A DNA stretch of 64,000 nt, taken from contig CBDCQO010000012.1 in assembly GCA_965220655.1 (NCBI GenBank), forward strand, positions 166,931 to 230,930, given 5' to 3'. The notes beneath the pieces are model-generated. The model saw only the letters and a program-made list of their open reading frames with translations. It ran no database searches and had not been told where the DNA came from. Of the stretch, positions 19,259-30,471 are shown piece by piece; position 1 is the stretch's first letter, and every line of letters starts with the position of its first letter. This DNA comes from Dehalococcoidia bacterium (GTDB lineage: Bacteria > Chloroflexota > Dehalococcoidia > Lucifugimonadales > Australimonadaceae). Position numbers and translations under genes: made by a program.

Positions 19259-20046
19259 ACGAGAGAGCTGCCCTCCGTAAGAGCCGCGTTGGCCGTGTGG
19301 TCAGCGACGTGATGGACAAGACGGTGGTAGTTGTCGTGGAGCGCCGCGTGCACCATCCCATCTACCACAAGTCCGTGCGGCACGTGAAGAAGTTCAAGGC
19401 GCACGACGAGCGCAACGAGTTCAAGGTCGGGGACGTGGTCCGCCTGATGGAGACGAGGCCTCTCTCCCGCACCAAGCGCTGGCGCGTTGCGGAACTGCTC
19501 CACCGGGAAGAGGTCGCAGAGGCACGCTCGGTGGAGGTAGCTGCGGAGGTCGAGGAGGAGCTGGAGGCGACAGCGGTTGACGACGCGGCTGCGGAAGTAG
19601 AGGAAGCCGACGCCAGCGATGAGGCCGTTGTCGCGGAAGTAGAGGACGAAGCTGCCGTTGCAGAGACCGAGGAAGCGGAAGAGGCGGACGCTGAAGAAGA
19701 AGCTGCCGTTGCAGAGGTAGAGGAATCGCAGGAGGAGCCTGCCGAGGAAACGGTAGAAGAGACGGACGTTGAAGAAGAGGCCGCCGTTGGAGAGGTAGAG
19801 GAACCGCAAGAGGAACCTGCCGAGGAAACGGCGGAAGAGACGGACGCTGAAGAAGAGGCTGCCGTTGCAGAGGTAGAGGAATCGCAAGAAGAACCTGCTG
19901 AGGAAACGGCGGAAGAGACGGACGCTGAAGACGCGGTCGTGGCTGAGGTTGAAGAACCGGCCGATGAGTCGGCGTCGGATGCAGCAGAGCCGGAGGCCGC
20001 CGAAGAAGCGGATGCTGAAGGGACGAGCGAGGAGAAGACGTCGTGA
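19255..20046 (+). CDS. rpsQ: 30S ribosomal protein S17 with a ~179-aa acidic, repeat-containing C-terminal extension
   Basis: The S17 core covers aa 1 to ~84 ([27 protein letters not shown]). The E/A/V/T-rich tail follows. ATGA overlap with rpmC and GTGA overlap with rplN. Confidence 0.92.
   Translation: MNERAALRKSRVGRVVSDVMDKTVVVVVERRVHHPIYHKSVRHVKKFKAHDERNEFKVGDVVRLMETRPLSRTKRWRVAELLHREEVAEARSVEVAAEVEEELEATAVDDAAAEVEEADASDEAVVAEVEDEAAVAETEEAEEADAEEEAAVAEVEESQEEPAEETVEETDVEEEAAVGEVEEPQEEPAEETAEETDAEEEAAVAEVEESQEEPAEETAEETDAEDAVVAEVEEPADESASDAAEPEAAEEADAEGTSEEKTS
19687..19942 (+). repeat. In-frame 78-nt tandem repeat (3 full copies plus a partial fourth) inside the rpsQ tail
   Basis: Units start at 19687, 19765, 19843 and 19921. 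Each encodes about [26 protein letters not shown] (26 aa) and the copies differ at only a few positions. Confidence 0.9.
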
Positions 20047-20411
20047 TTCAACCGCAGACGCGCTTGAACGTCGCCGACAACTCCGGCGCGAAAGAGATCA
20101 TGTGCTTCAACATCCCCGGCGGGACGCGCAGGCGTTACGCCAGGGTCGGCGACATCATCGTGGCATCGGTCAAGCACGCGCAGCCGAACAGCGCCGTGAA
20201 GAAGGGCGAGGTGGTGCGCGCCGTTGTGGTCCGAACGAGCGCCGTGACCAAGCGTCCGGACGGCTCCACCATACGATTCGACGACAACGCGGCAGTCATC
20301 CTGGCGCAGTCGGAGATGCCGCGCGGTACGCGTATCTTCGGGCCTGTGGCCCGGGAGCTGCGGGAACGCAACTTCATGCGCATCGTTTCGCTCGCTCCGG
20401 AGGTGCTGTGA
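20043..20411 (+). CDS. rplN: 50S ribosomal protein L14
   Basis: [19 protein letters not shown]-terminus. GTG start. Confidence 0.97.
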   Translation: MIQPQTRLNVADNSGAKEIMCFNIPGGTRRRYARVGDIIVASVKHAQPNSAVKKGEVVRAVVVRTSAVTKRPDGSTIRFDDNAAVILAQSEMPRGTRIFGPVARELRERNFMRIVSLAPEVL

Positions 20412-20731
20412 TGACGGCGCGGTTGCAGCGGGACGACGAGGTGATGGTGATAGCAGGCCGTGACAAGGGCAAGCGCGGCAAGATACAGCGCGTCCTGCCG
20501 GACAACGGGAAGGTGCTTGTAGACGGCGTGAACATCGTCAAGCGGCATCAGCGCGCCGGCGTGGGTGGCGCCCGGCAGGCAGGCATCATCGACAAGGAGA
20601 TGCCCATCCATGCGTCGAAGCTCATGCCGGTCTGTCCTGCGTGCAACCAGCCCACGCGCATCGCTATCAAGGTGCTCGAGGACGGCAGGAAGTCGCGCAT
20701 GTGTAAGAAATGCGAGGGGATGTTCAGTTGA
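20411..20731 (+). CDS. rplX: 50S ribosomal protein L24 (Cys4 zinc-ribbon variant)
   Basis: KOW motif (VMVIAGRDKGKRGKI). The C-terminus carries CPAC...CKKC, as in Thermus-type L24. The ATG overlaps the rplN stop. The start was trimmed from the listed ORF 19949. Confidence 0.93.
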   Translation: MTARLQRDDEVMVIAGRDKGKRGKIQRVLPDNGKVLVDGVNIVKRHQRAGVGGARQAGIIDKEMPIHASKLMPVCPACNQPTRIAIKVLEDGRKSRMCKKCEGMFS

Positions 20732-21555
20732 CGACAGACGCTGAAAACAGCGCAGCGGAGCAGGACCCAGCCGCAGCGGAAGAGAAGCCGAAGCGGGCCA
20801 CACGGACGCGCCGGAGCGCAAGCGGAGAGTCTGCACCGCAGCCGCGCACGCGTCGACGGACCGCCGCCGCGGCTGCCGAAGAAGCAGCGCCTGCTGCTGA
20901 GGTTGCTGTCGCTGAGCCGGAGACGGAAGCGCCCGCGACGGGCAGGACCACGCGGAGGCGTTCTGCTCCGAAGCGGACGAAGCCGGTTGTCGAACAGCGC
21001 CCGCTGCCCAGGCTCATGGGCCGCTATCGCGAAGAGATCCGTGCGCAGCTGATCAACGAGTTCGGCTACTCCAGCGCGATGCAGGCGCCGGAAGTGAAGA
21101 AGGTAGTGCTCAACGTGGGGCTCGGCGAAGGCTTGACGAACACCCGCGCCCTGGAGACGACGCCCGGACACGTGGCGGCGATCACCGGCCAGAAGCCCGT
21201 GATCACGAAGGCCCGCAGATCGGTCGCGGGCTTCAAGGTGCGGGAAGGGCAGGCCATCGGCGTGATGGTCACGTTGCGTGGCAGGCGGATGTACGAGTTC
21301 CTGGACCGGATGATCTCGACGGCGCTGCCGCGTATCAGGGACTTCCGCGGTGTACCGCGGGACTCCTTCGATGGCCGGGGCAACTACGCACTGGGTTTCC
21401 GGGAGCAGATCGTGTTCCCTGAGATCGATTACGGGAGCGTGGACCGCGTCCGGGGATTCCAGGTGGTCATCACGACGAGTGCGCGCACGGACGCGGAGGG
21501 TTTCCGTCTACTGGAGTTGATGGGAATGCCGTTCGCACGAGTGCAGACGAACTAG
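20728..21555 (+). CDS. rplE: 50S ribosomal protein L5, apparently with a ~95-100-aa N-terminal extension
   Basis: The canonical L5 core starts near [11 protein letters not shown] (Met at 21016). The frame is open back to TTG 20728, which overlaps the rplX TGA and has GAGGGG 8 nt upstream, and to ATG 20710. No SD precedes 21016. Confidence 0.8.
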   Translation: MTTDAENSAAEQDPAAAEEKPKRATRTRRSASGESAPQPRTRRRTAAAAAEEAAPAAEVAVAEPETEAPATGRTTRRRSAPKRTKPVVEQRPLPRLMGRYREEIRAQLINEFGYSSAMQAPEVKKVVLNVGLGEGLTNTRALETTPGHVAAITGQKPVITKARRSVAGFKVREGQAIGVMVTLRGRRMYEFLDRMISTALPRIRDFRGVPRDSFDGRGNYALGFREQIVFPEIDYGSVDRVRGFQVVITTSARTDAEGFRLLELMGMPFARVQTN

Positions 21556-21568
21556 GAGGCGGAGGGCC

Positions 21569-21754
21569 TTGGCGAAGAAGAGCAAACTGGCGAAGTGGAG
21601 GCGGGCAGCCCCTTACAAAGTGCGGGCGATGAACCGCTGTAACCGGTGCGGCAGGCCGCGTGCGTACATCCGGTTCGCCGGCCTGTGCCGCGTCTGCTTC
21701 CGGCAGATGGCGCTGACGGGTCAGCTGCCCGGAGTGCGGAAGGCCAGTTGGTAA
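21569..21754 (+). CDS. rpsN: 30S ribosomal protein S14, type Z (zinc-binding, 61 aa)
   Basis: CNRCGRP...CRVCFR Cys4 motif. TTG start after AGGAGGCGGAGGG. Confidence 0.95.
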   Translation: MAKKSKLAKWRRAAPYKVRAMNRCNRCGRPRAYIRFAGLCRVCFRQMALTGQLPGVRKASW

Positions 21755-21764
21755 GAGGCGCGCT

Positions 21765-22163
21765 ATGACAATGACCGATCCCATAGCAGACATGCTCACG
21801 CGCATCAGGAACGCGCTGCTGGTCCGCCATCCCGACGTCGACGTGCCGTCCTCCAAGGTGAAGGTCTCCATCGCGGAGATACTGAAGAGCGAGGGCTACA
21901 TCTCCGACTTCAGCATCTCCAGGCAGAAAACGCAGAATTGGCTGCGGTTGCAGTTGCACTACAGAGCGAACCAGGAGCCGGGGATAACCGGACTGAAGCG
22001 GGTCAGCAAGCCTGGCCTGCGTATCCACGTGCAGAAGAAGGACGTGCCGCGCGCCTTCGGTGGCGTCGGCATCTCCATCGTCTCTACGTCCCAGGGGATC
22101 ATGACCGGACGCGATGCGTACCGCCGGGGTATCGGCGGGGAGCTCATGGCGTACGTCTGGTAG
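21765..22163 (+). CDS. rpsH: 30S ribosomal protein S8
   Basis: MTDPIADMLTRIRNA N-terminus. Confidence 0.97.
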   Translation: MTMTDPIADMLTRIRNALLVRHPDVDVPSSKVKVSIAEILKSEGYISDFSISRQKTQNWLRLQLHYRANQEPGITGLKRVSKPGLRIHVQKKDVPRAFGGVGISIVSTSQGIMTGRDAYRRGIGGELMAYVW

Positions 22164-22173
22164 GAGCACGGAA

Positions 22174-22713
22174 GTGTCACGAGTCGGGAAGAAGCCCATA
22201 CCGATACCCAGCGGCGTCTCCGTGGAGGTTGCCGATGGAGAGATCGTCGTCAAGGGACAGCGCGGAGAGTTGCGGCACGCCGTGAACCCGGGCATCTCGG
22301 TGCAGGAAGAGGACGGCACTCTCGTGGTGCGCCGTGCGTCGGACGACCGTGAGCAGCGGGCATTGCACGGACTGACGCGTGCTCTGCTGGCCAATATGGT
22401 CACCGGCGTGAGCGAGGGTTTCACGCGGACGATGGAGCTGGTGGGCTACCGGGTGCAGGCCCAGGGCGATGCGGTCAACATGCAACTGGGATTCAGTCAT
22501 CCCGTGGTTATCGAGCCCATGGACGGTGTGGTGTTTGAGGTGGAGGGGGTCAACCGTATCCACGTGCGAGGGATAGACAAGCAGATCGTGGGGGAACAGG
22601 CGGCGCGCCTTCGGCGTTTGAGGCCCCCGGACGCATACAAGGGCAAGGGAGTGCGGTACATGGGCGAGCAGGTCCGCCTGAAGCCCGGTAAGTCCGCCGC
22701 GAAGAGGTCTTAG
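22174..22713 (+). CDS. rplF: 50S ribosomal protein L6
   Basis: [15 protein letters not shown]-terminus from GTG 22174. The start was trimmed from the listed ORF 22114. Confidence 0.95.
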   Translation: MSRVGKKPIPIPSGVSVEVADGEIVVKGQRGELRHAVNPGISVQEEDGTLVVRRASDDREQRALHGLTRALLANMVTGVSEGFTRTMELVGYRVQAQGDAVNMQLGFSHPVVIEPMDGVVFEVEGVNRIHVRGIDKQIVGEQAARLRRLRPPDAYKGKGVRYMGEQVRLKPGKSAAKRS

Positions 22714-22717
22714 CGAG

Positions 22718-23074
22718 ATGGCGAAGATCAAGACGAACCGCGCTGCGCGGGTAGTGAGGCACCTCAGGTTGCGGCGGCACCTGTCGGGTACGACTGTACG
22801 CCCGAGGTTGAACGTGTATCGGAGCGCGCGATTCACGTACGCACAGGTGATAGACGACACAGCGGGGCACACCATAGCGGCGGCGAGTTCGCGCGAACTT
22901 CCGAAGGACGCGTTCGGCAAGACGGATGCGGCCAAAGAGGTCGGTCGCCTGGTCGCCGGCCGTGCGAAGGCGAAGGGCGTTCAGACAGTCGTGTTCGACC
23001 GCGGTGGCTACCAATACCACGGACGCGTGAAGGCGCTGGCGGACGGCGCACGGGAAGAAGGGCTGGAGTTCTAA
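22718..23074 (+). CDS. rplR: 50S ribosomal protein L18
   Basis: The C-terminal [26 protein letters not shown] is typical of L18. Confidence 0.96.
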   Translation: MAKIKTNRAARVVRHLRLRRHLSGTTVRPRLNVYRSARFTYAQVIDDTAGHTIAAASSRELPKDAFGKTDAAKEVGRLVAGRAKAKGVQTVVFDRGGYQYHGRVKALADGAREEGLEF

Positions 23075-23077
23075 CCC

Positions 23078-23689
23078 ATGGTAATGACCGAGCGTTCAAG
23101 CGAAGAGCAGAGCGACCTGCAAGAGAAGGTCGTCCACATCCGCAGGGTAGCCAAGGTTGTGAAGGGCGGACGCAACCTCACGTTCAACGCCGTCGTCGTT
23201 GTAGGCGACGGCCAGGGCCAGGTCGGGGTCGGCTTCGGTAAGGGCAAGGCCGTCCCGGATGCCATCCGCAAGGGAGCGACGATTGCGCGGAAAGACATGA
23301 CGCCGATCACGCTGAACGGTTCGACGATCCCATACTCCGTAACGACGAAGTTCCGCGCGTCCAAGGTGCTGCTGCGGCCTGCACAGCCAGGCGCCGGGAT
23401 CAAGGCCGGAGGCGCTGTCCGTGCGGTCATGGAGGCGCTGGGTGTGAAGGACGTCGTCGCGAAGGCGCTTGGCAGCCGGAACCCCATCAACGTCGTGCAG
23501 GCTACCATCCAGGGGCTTCGCCACATGGAAGCGCTCTCCCCAAGCGAGGACGAGCATGCACGGAAGGCAGTCCTTCCTGCTGCGCCTGACCGGCGCACTC
23601 CGTTGCGCCGGGAGGCGAGTTCCCGCCGCGATCGAGACAGGGGCGACCGTGAGCGCCGTGACTCTGCACCGCGCCCGGCCCAGGTTTAG
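23078..23689 (+). CDS. rpsE: 30S ribosomal protein S5 with a ~40-aa basic Arg/Asp-rich C-terminal tail
   Basis: VVHIRRVAKVVKGGR and GVGFGKGKAVPDAIRKG core motifs. The tail reads ...RREASSRRDRDRGDRERRDSAPRPAQV. Confidence 0.94.
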   Translation: MVMTERSSEEQSDLQEKVVHIRRVAKVVKGGRNLTFNAVVVVGDGQGQVGVGFGKGKAVPDAIRKGATIARKDMTPITLNGSTIPYSVTTKFRASKVLLRPAQPGAGIKAGGAVRAVMEALGVKDVVAKALGSRNPINVVQATIQGLRHMEALSPSEDEHARKAVLPAAPDRRTPLRREASSRRDRDRGDRERRDSAPRPAQV

Positions 23690-23700
23690 GAGCGTTACCG

Positions 23701-23889
23701 ATGGCGAAACTGCGTATCAAGTGGGTGCGGAGCGGCATAGGTTACGAACAGAGCCAGCGCCGCACGATCAAGGCGCTGGGGCTACGGCGCCTCCAGCACG
23801 AGGTCGTGCGGGAGGACAGTCCCACGATCCGGGGGATGGTGCACAAGGTGCGTCATCTGGTGTCGGTGAGTGCAGGAGAGGAAGGCTAA
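23701..23889 (+). CDS. rpmD: 50S ribosomal protein L30
   Basis: 62 aa. LRIKWVRSGIG...TIKALGLRRL is typical. Confidence 0.93.
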   Translation: MAKLRIKWVRSGIGYEQSQRRTIKALGLRRLQHEVVREDSPTIRGMVHKVRHLVSVSAGEEG

Positions 23890-23892
23890 GCG

Positions 23893-24333
23893 ATGCAGGC
23901 GCACACGATCCGGTCTGCTCATGCCCGCCCGAAGCGCAAACGTGTCGGCCGGGGCGACGGCTCCGGCAAGGGCACGTACTCAGGGCGTGGGATGAAGGGA
24001 CAGAAGGCCCGCTCCGGCGGCGGCGTCCGCCCCGGCTTCGAGGGCGGTCAGAACCCGCAGATCAAGGGTCTGCCGATGCTGCGCGGCTTCAAGAACCCGT
24101 TCCGCGTGGAGTACCAGGTGGTGAACGTTGGCAGGCTGGCCTCGCTGCCTGATGAGGTGAGCGGTATCACGCCATCGGTGCTGAAGGCGAACGGGATGGT
24201 CAGGCACGCGGACAGACCGGTGAAGTTGCTGGGCGGCGGCGAGATAGAGCGTGCTTTCACGGTTTCGGGAGTGAAGGTTACGGCGTCCGCCAGGGCCAGG
24301 ATCGAGGCGGCTGGCGGCTCAGTGGAGGCGTAA
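23893..24333 (+). CDS. rplO: 50S ribosomal protein L15
   Basis: KRVGRGDGSGKGTYSGRGMKGQKARSG motif. Confidence 0.96.
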   Translation: MQAHTIRSAHARPKRKRVGRGDGSGKGTYSGRGMKGQKARSGGGVRPGFEGGQNPQIKGLPMLRGFKNPFRVEYQVVNVGRLASLPDEVSGITPSVLKANGMVRHADRPVKLLGGGEIERAFTVSGVKVTASARARIEAAGGSVEA

Positions 24334-24336
24334 GCG

Positions 24337-25676
<1,340 letters not shown>

Positions 25677-25680
<4 letters not shown>

Positions 25681-26327
25681 GCGCGCGCGTTGTGCTGTTG
25701 GGTCCGCCCGGCGCCGGGAAAGGCACGCAGGCGGCGCTCATCGCCGAAGGCGGGGCTGGCGCGCACATCGCGTCCGGCGACCTGTTCCGCAAGCACCTGG
25801 GCGAAGGAACCGAACTCGGAGCGCTCGCGAAGACGTACATGGACAAGGGCGAACTGGTGCCTGACGACGTCACGATCCGGATGGTGCTCGAGCGCATGGA
25901 AGAGCCGGACGCACGGGACGGCTACGTGCTGGACGGCTTCCCCCGGACGTTGGAGCAGGCAAAGGCGCTGGACGAGGCCCTGGATGGCCAGGGACGTGAG
26001 ATAGCGGCAGCGCTGCTGATAGAGGTAGAAACGGAAGAGCTCGTGCGCCGGCTGGCCGGACGGTGGATATGCCGGAGCTGCCAGGCGCCGTACCACGAGG
26101 CGTTCTCCCCGCCGCAGACTGTGGGGAGTTGCGACTCCTGCGATGGCGAGTTGTACCAGCGTGACGATGACAAACCGGAGGTGGTGCGGGCGCGGCTGGA
26201 GACGTACGAGCGGCAAACTGCGCCGCTGGTGGGTTACTACGAGTCACAAGGGAAGCTGGCGCGGGTGAACGGCCAGCAGAGTGTGGAACAGGTAACGACA
26301 GACCTGGAGGCAGCCTTTGGCGCATGA
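25677..26327 (+). CDS. adk: Adenylate kinase (zinc-lid form)
   Basis: GPPGAGKGTQA P-loop and lid CRSC...CDSC. The ATG overlaps the secY stop. The start was trimmed from the listed ORF 25494. Confidence 0.96.
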
Positions 26328-27190
26328 GGCAGCGCTTTGCGTTGTCTGCGTGCGGCACGTACAATAGGCGTTTGCGGATGATGACACAGACGAAATCGGT
26401 GCTGCGGGACCTGGGCGTCAGGAGCGGGCGCGGCGGCATCACGGTCAAGAGCTCGAAGGAGTTGGACCGGATGCTGGAGGCTGGGCGCGTTACCGGCGAG
26501 GTTCTGCGTGTGCTGCGCGAGTCGATAGCCCCCGGAATGACGACGCGGGAGATGGACGCTATCGCGGAGCGCGAGATACGGGCCCGCGGGGCGATTCCCG
26601 CGTTCAAGGGCTACCGCGGCTTTCCCGCTACGCTGTGCATCTCGCTCAACGAGGAGATCGTCCATGGCATACCCGGCGAGCGCCGCATCCAGGTCGGCGA
26701 CGTCGTGGGGATGGACCTCGGGGCGATCGTCGACGGGCTGTACGGTGACTCTGCGGTAACCGTAGCGGTCGGCGACGTGAGCGAAGGCATCCGCGCACAG
26801 ATGGAGACGGGAAACGCAGCATTGTTCGCAGGCATCGCACAGGCGCGTGCGGGCAACCGCGTTGGCGACGTTTCCCACGCCGTGGAGCAGGAGATACTGC
26901 GGCACGGTCAGTATGGCATCGTCAGGGAGTACGTTGGGCATGGCATCGGCACCCAGTTGCACGAAGAGCCGTCCGTTCCCAACTTCGGCCCCGGCGGGCA
27001 TGGGCCACTGCTGCGTCCGGGGATGGCCATCGCCATCGAGCCGATGGTGAACTTCGGAGGTGACGGCACGACTGTGCTGGACGACGACTGGACAGTGGTT
27101 ACCGTGGACGGGTCGGTGTCCGTCCATTACGAGCACACGGTGATCATCACCGAGGGTGCTCCCCTCATTACAACGAAGGTGGACCAGTAG
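26324..27190 (+). CDS. map: Type I methionine aminopeptidase
   Basis: HGIP, GDSAVT, GHGIG and HYEHTV metal-site motifs. The start is uncertain: ATGA-coupled 26324 or ATG 26378. Confidence 0.9.
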   Translation: MRQRFALSACGTYNRRLRMMTQTKSVLRDLGVRSGRGGITVKSSKELDRMLEAGRVTGEVLRVLRESIAPGMTTREMDAIAEREIRARGAIPAFKGYRGFPATLCISLNEEIVHGIPGERRIQVGDVVGMDLGAIVDGLYGDSAVTVAVGDVSEGIRAQMETGNAALFAGIAQARAGNRVGDVSHAVEQEILRHGQYGIVREYVGHGIGTQLHEEPSVPNFGPGGHGPLLRPGMAIAIEPMVNFGGDGTTVLDDDWTVVTVDGSVSVHYEHTVIITEGAPLITTKVDQ

Positions 27191-27208
27191 GGAGAAGACG
27201 TAAGCCAC

Positions 27209-27427
27209 ATGGCAAAGAAAGAGTCCATAGAGGTCGAGGCCACGGTGATGGAGGCTCTGCCGAACGCAACCTTCCGCGCGGAGCTTGCGAACGGCCACGA
27301 GGTGCTGGCACACGTGTCAGGCAAGATGCGGATGCACTTCATCCGCGTTCTTCCCGGAGACCGCGTGCTGGTGGAACTGTCACCGTACGACCTGACCCGT
27401 GGACGGATCACCTATCGGTTCAAGTAG
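27209..27427 (+). CDS. infA: Translation initiation factor IF-1
   Basis: [13 protein letters not shown]...[17 protein letters not shown]. Confidence 0.97.
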   Translation: MAKKESIEVEATVMEALPNATFRAELANGHEVLAHVSGKMRMHFIRVLPGDRVLVELSPYDLTRGRITYRFK

Positions 27428-27443
27428 AAGGAGCAGGGACGAC

Positions 27444-27557
27444 GTGAAGGTATCAGCATCGGTCAAGCCGCGGTGTGACAAGTGCCGTCAGATACGGCGT
27501 GGCCGCACGCTGCGGATCATCTGCTCCAACCCGCGGCACAACCAGAAGCAGGGGTGA
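27444..27557 (+). CDS. rpmJ: 50S ribosomal protein L36 (zinc-binding form)
   Basis: Not in the ORF track because it is only 37 aa. Translated by hand from GTG 27444: [37 protein letters not shown], stop at 27555-27557. Confidence 0.93.
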   Translation: MKVSASVKPRCDKCRQIRRGRTLRIICSNPRHNQKQG

Positions 27558-27561
27558 GGCT

Positions 27562-27942
27562 ATGGCACGCGTAGCAGGGGTAGACATACCGGACAACAAG
27601 CGCGTGGAGATAGCGCTCAGGCGCATCCATGGCATCGGACCGACGGCTGCAACGCGCATCGCGTTGCAGGCTGGTATCGCCGGCAACCCGAAGGTCCGTG
27701 AGGTGCCGGACGACCAGATGGCCCGCGTCAGGGAGATCATCGACCACGAGTACACCGTGGAAGGTGACCTCAAGCGGGAGGTGAGCGACAACATACGCCG
27801 GTTGCAGGACATCGGCGCCTACCGGGGGCTGCGGCACCGCCGCGGGCTGCCGGTGCACGGTCAGCGGACGAAGACGAACGCACGCACGAAGCGGAGCGGC
27901 CGCAGGACGGTCGCCGGCAAGCGGCGTGTGATGAAGAAGTAG
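27562..27942 (+). CDS. rpsM: 30S ribosomal protein S13
   Basis: [20 protein letters not shown]-terminus. The start was trimmed from the listed ORF 27475. Confidence 0.96.
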   Translation: MARVAGVDIPDNKRVEIALRRIHGIGPTAATRIALQAGIAGNPKVREVPDDQMARVREIIDHEYTVEGDLKREVSDNIRRLQDIGAYRGLRHRRGLPVHGQRTKTNARTKRSGRRTVAGKRRVMKK

Positions 27943-27960
27943 GACGGGCGGAGGATCATC

Positions 27961-28353
27961 TTGGCCAGGGCCAACAGAACAAGGACACGGCGCCGGGAGC
28001 GGAAGTTCGTTCCACGGGGCAAGGTGTTCATCACGGCGACGTTCAACAACACGATAGTTTCGCTCACCGATCCGGAAGGCAACGTTGTGGCCTGGGGATC
28101 CGGCGGTGGCGTTGGATTCAAGGGAGCGCGGAAGAGTACGGCCTTCGCCGCACAGCGCGTTTCCGAGACTGCTGCGCGCAAGGCCATGGAGTTCGGTCTG
28201 CGCCAGGTCGAAGTGTACGTACGAGGTCCCGGTGCAGGGCGCGAATCAGCGATCCGTGCACTGCAGGGTGCAGGTCTGACCGTCACGAGCATCCGCGACG
28301 TTACGCCGGTTCCGCATAACGGCTGCCGTCCTCCGAAACGGCGGCGGGTCTAA
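27961..28353 (+). CDS. rpsK: 30S ribosomal protein S11
   Basis: [19 protein letters not shown] motif. TTG start 5 nt after GGAGGA. Confidence 0.96.
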   Translation: MARANRTRTRRRERKFVPRGKVFITATFNNTIVSLTDPEGNVVAWGSGGGVGFKGARKSTAFAAQRVSETAARKAMEFGLRQVEVYVRGPGAGRESAIRALQGAGLTVTSIRDVTPVPHNGCRPPKRRRV

Positions 28354-28362
28354 GAGGCAAAG

Positions 28363-28989
28363 ATGGCAAGATACACGGGCCCCGTGTGCCGGCAGTGCCG
28401 GCGCGCAGGAGAGAAACTGTTCCTGAAGGGCGAGCGCTGCTTCACTCCCAAGTGCGGGGTGGAGAAGCGCCGCAAGACGCCCGGCGACCAGCAGCCGCGC
28501 CGCCGCCGTGCGTCGGACTGGGCGATACAACTGCGCGAAAAGCAGAAGGCACGCCAGTCTTACGGCGTGTTGGAGCGCCAGTTCCGCCGCTACTTCAGCG
28601 ACGCGCTCCGGATGCAGGGCGCAACAGGTGAGAACCTGATGCAACTGCTGGAGCGCCGGCTGGATAACGTGATCTACCGCATCGGCTTTGCGGACTCCCG
28701 GGCCCAAGCCCGGCAGCGCGTGCTGCACGGACACTTCACCGTGAACGGTCGGAAGGTGAACATCCCCTCCTACCGCGTCCGACCGGGCGAGATGATCGCC
28801 TGGAAGCAGTCCAGTAAGGACGCGCAGTTCGGGCAGGACGCAGTCCGCTCGGTCGGTCAGCGGCCGCTCCCGGAGTGGATCGAGTTCGACCGGAGCGAGA
28901 TGACCGCGATGATCACGCGGAACCCGGAGCCCTCAGACATAGACAGCAAGATCGAAACCCGAATGGTCGTGGAGTTCTACTCGCGCTAA
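28363..28989 (+). CDS. rpsD: 30S ribosomal protein S4
   Basis: MARYTGPVCRQCRR N-terminus and an S4 RNA-binding domain. Confidence 0.96.
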   Translation: MARYTGPVCRQCRRAGEKLFLKGERCFTPKCGVEKRRKTPGDQQPRRRRASDWAIQLREKQKARQSYGVLERQFRRYFSDALRMQGATGENLMQLLERRLDNVIYRIGFADSRAQARQRVLHGHFTVNGRKVNIPSYRVRPGEMIAWKQSSKDAQFGQDAVRSVGQRPLPEWIEFDRSEMTAMITRNPEPSDIDSKIETRMVVEFYSR

Positions 28990-29042
28990 CGGGCTGGCTT
29001 GGTTCGCCCGGTTCCTCCGAGGAGGACCGGGGTGCATGAAGG

Positions 29043-30107
29043 ATGGAACAAGAGATGTTGGACTACGGCTACGACGAGCCTCGCGACTCCAGTTTCGACC
29101 TCGCGCCTGTGCCCAAACCTACGGTGAGGATGACGGAATCCGGTGAGAACTACGGGACGTTCGTCATCGAGCCGCTGCCGCGCGGGTTCGGCGTCACTTT
29201 GGGGAACCCCCTGCGGCGCGTGCTGCTGAGCTCGATCAACGGCTCGGCTATCAGCTCCGTCAAGATCGAGGGTGTTGAGCACGAATACTCTACGGTCCCC
29301 TATGTGAAGGAGGACGTGGTAGACATCCTGCTCAACGTCAAGTCCATCAACCTGCGCGCACACACCAGCAGACCCGGAAAGCTTCGCCTGCGCGTTGAAG
29401 GGCCGGGTGAAGTGAAAGCGGGAGACATCATCATGTCTCCGGATTTCGAGATCGTGAACCCTGAGTTCCACATCGCCACGCTGGACGGGCCGAACTCGAA
29501 GCTCGAGATGGACCTGAACGTGGAAACCGGCAAGGGCTACGAACCGGCGGCATCAGGCGACGGACGCCCCATCGGAGAGTTGCCCGTCGACGCCATCTAC
29601 ACCCCGGTGCGCAAGGTGAACTACACGGTGGAGCGCACCCGCGTCGGGCAGCACACGGACTACGAGCGACTGAACGTCGAAGTCTGGACGAACGGAGCAG
29701 TCTCTCCCGCCGAGGCGATGCGCCAGGCAGGGCAAGAGTTGGTCGAGCACTTCTTCCGCTTCTCAACCGTCTCAGAGTCGCAGTCGCAAGACGGCGACCG
29801 GATGATGTGGGCGGCGGCGATCCCCTCCTCGCAGTACAACATGCCGGTTGAGAACCTGAACCTCACCATGCGGACACTCAACTGCCTGAAGCGCGCCGCG
29901 ATCCACAAGGTGGGCGAGGTGCTGGAGAGGGACCGAGACGAGTTGCTGCGCATCCGGAACTTCGGCGAGAAGTCGCTCGATGAACTGGACGAGCGGCTGC
30001 GTGAGATTGGCATCACCCACCCCGGCTTGTGGACACAGGAGAGCGCGCCAGACCCGCTCCCCGTAGCCGCCGCCTCAGAGCAGGCGACAGAGGGAGAGGA
30101 GGAGTAA
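29043..30107 (+). CDS. rpoA: DNA-directed RNA polymerase subunit alpha
   Basis: FVIEPLPRGFGVTLGNPLRRVLLSS, and a C-terminal domain with NLTMRTLNCLKRA. About 25 extra N-terminal residues and a short acidic C-terminus. Confidence 0.95.
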   Translation: MEQEMLDYGYDEPRDSSFDLAPVPKPTVRMTESGENYGTFVIEPLPRGFGVTLGNPLRRVLLSSINGSAISSVKIEGVEHEYSTVPYVKEDVVDILLNVKSINLRAHTSRPGKLRLRVEGPGEVKAGDIIMSPDFEIVNPEFHIATLDGPNSKLEMDLNVETGKGYEPAASGDGRPIGELPVDAIYTPVRKVNYTVERTRVGQHTDYERLNVEVWTNGAVSPAEAMRQAGQELVEHFFRFSTVSESQSQDGDRMMWAAAIPSSQYNMPVENLNLTMRTLNCLKRAAIHKVGEVLERDRDELLRIRNFGEKSLDELDERLREIGITHPGLWTQESAPDPLPVAAASEQATEGEEE

Positions 30108-30111
30108 GGCG

Positions 30112-30462
30112 ATGCGACATCGGGTAGCAGGCCGCAAACTGGGCCGTCGCAGCGAACACCGCGAGGCGTTGATGAACAACCTCGTCTCGCAGTTGCTGCG
30201 CCACGAGCGCGTGACCACGACCGAGGCCAAGGCTCGCGAAGTGCGCGCCCTGGCCGAAAAGGTGATCAGCAAAGGGAGAGACGCTACGCTGCACAACCGG
30301 CGCCAGGCGCTTTCGGTGGTGCCGGACAAGTACGCCGTCGAGCGGTTGTTCAATGAGATAGGCCCGCGGTACGCGGACCGGCCCGGCGGGTACACACGGA
30401 TGGTAAAGCTCATGCCGCGCAAGGGCGACGCCGCCCCGATGGCGTTGCTGGAGTTGGTGTAG
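30112..30462 (+). CDS. rplQ: 50S ribosomal protein L17
   Basis: MRHRVAGRKLGRRSEHR N-terminus. Confidence 0.97.
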   Translation: MRHRVAGRKLGRRSEHREALMNNLVSQLLRHERVTTTEAKAREVRALAEKVISKGRDATLHNRRQALSVVPDKYAVERLFNEIGPRYADRPGGYTRMVKLMPRKGDAAPMALLELV

Positions 30463-30471
30463 AGGAGGACC

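Noticed and set aside
19687-19942. Tandem repeats considered as a possible CRISPR array or minisatellite outside genes
   Set aside because: The units are contiguous with no spacers, number a multiple of three nucleotides, and maintain the rpsQ reading frame. I call them an intragenic coding repeat.
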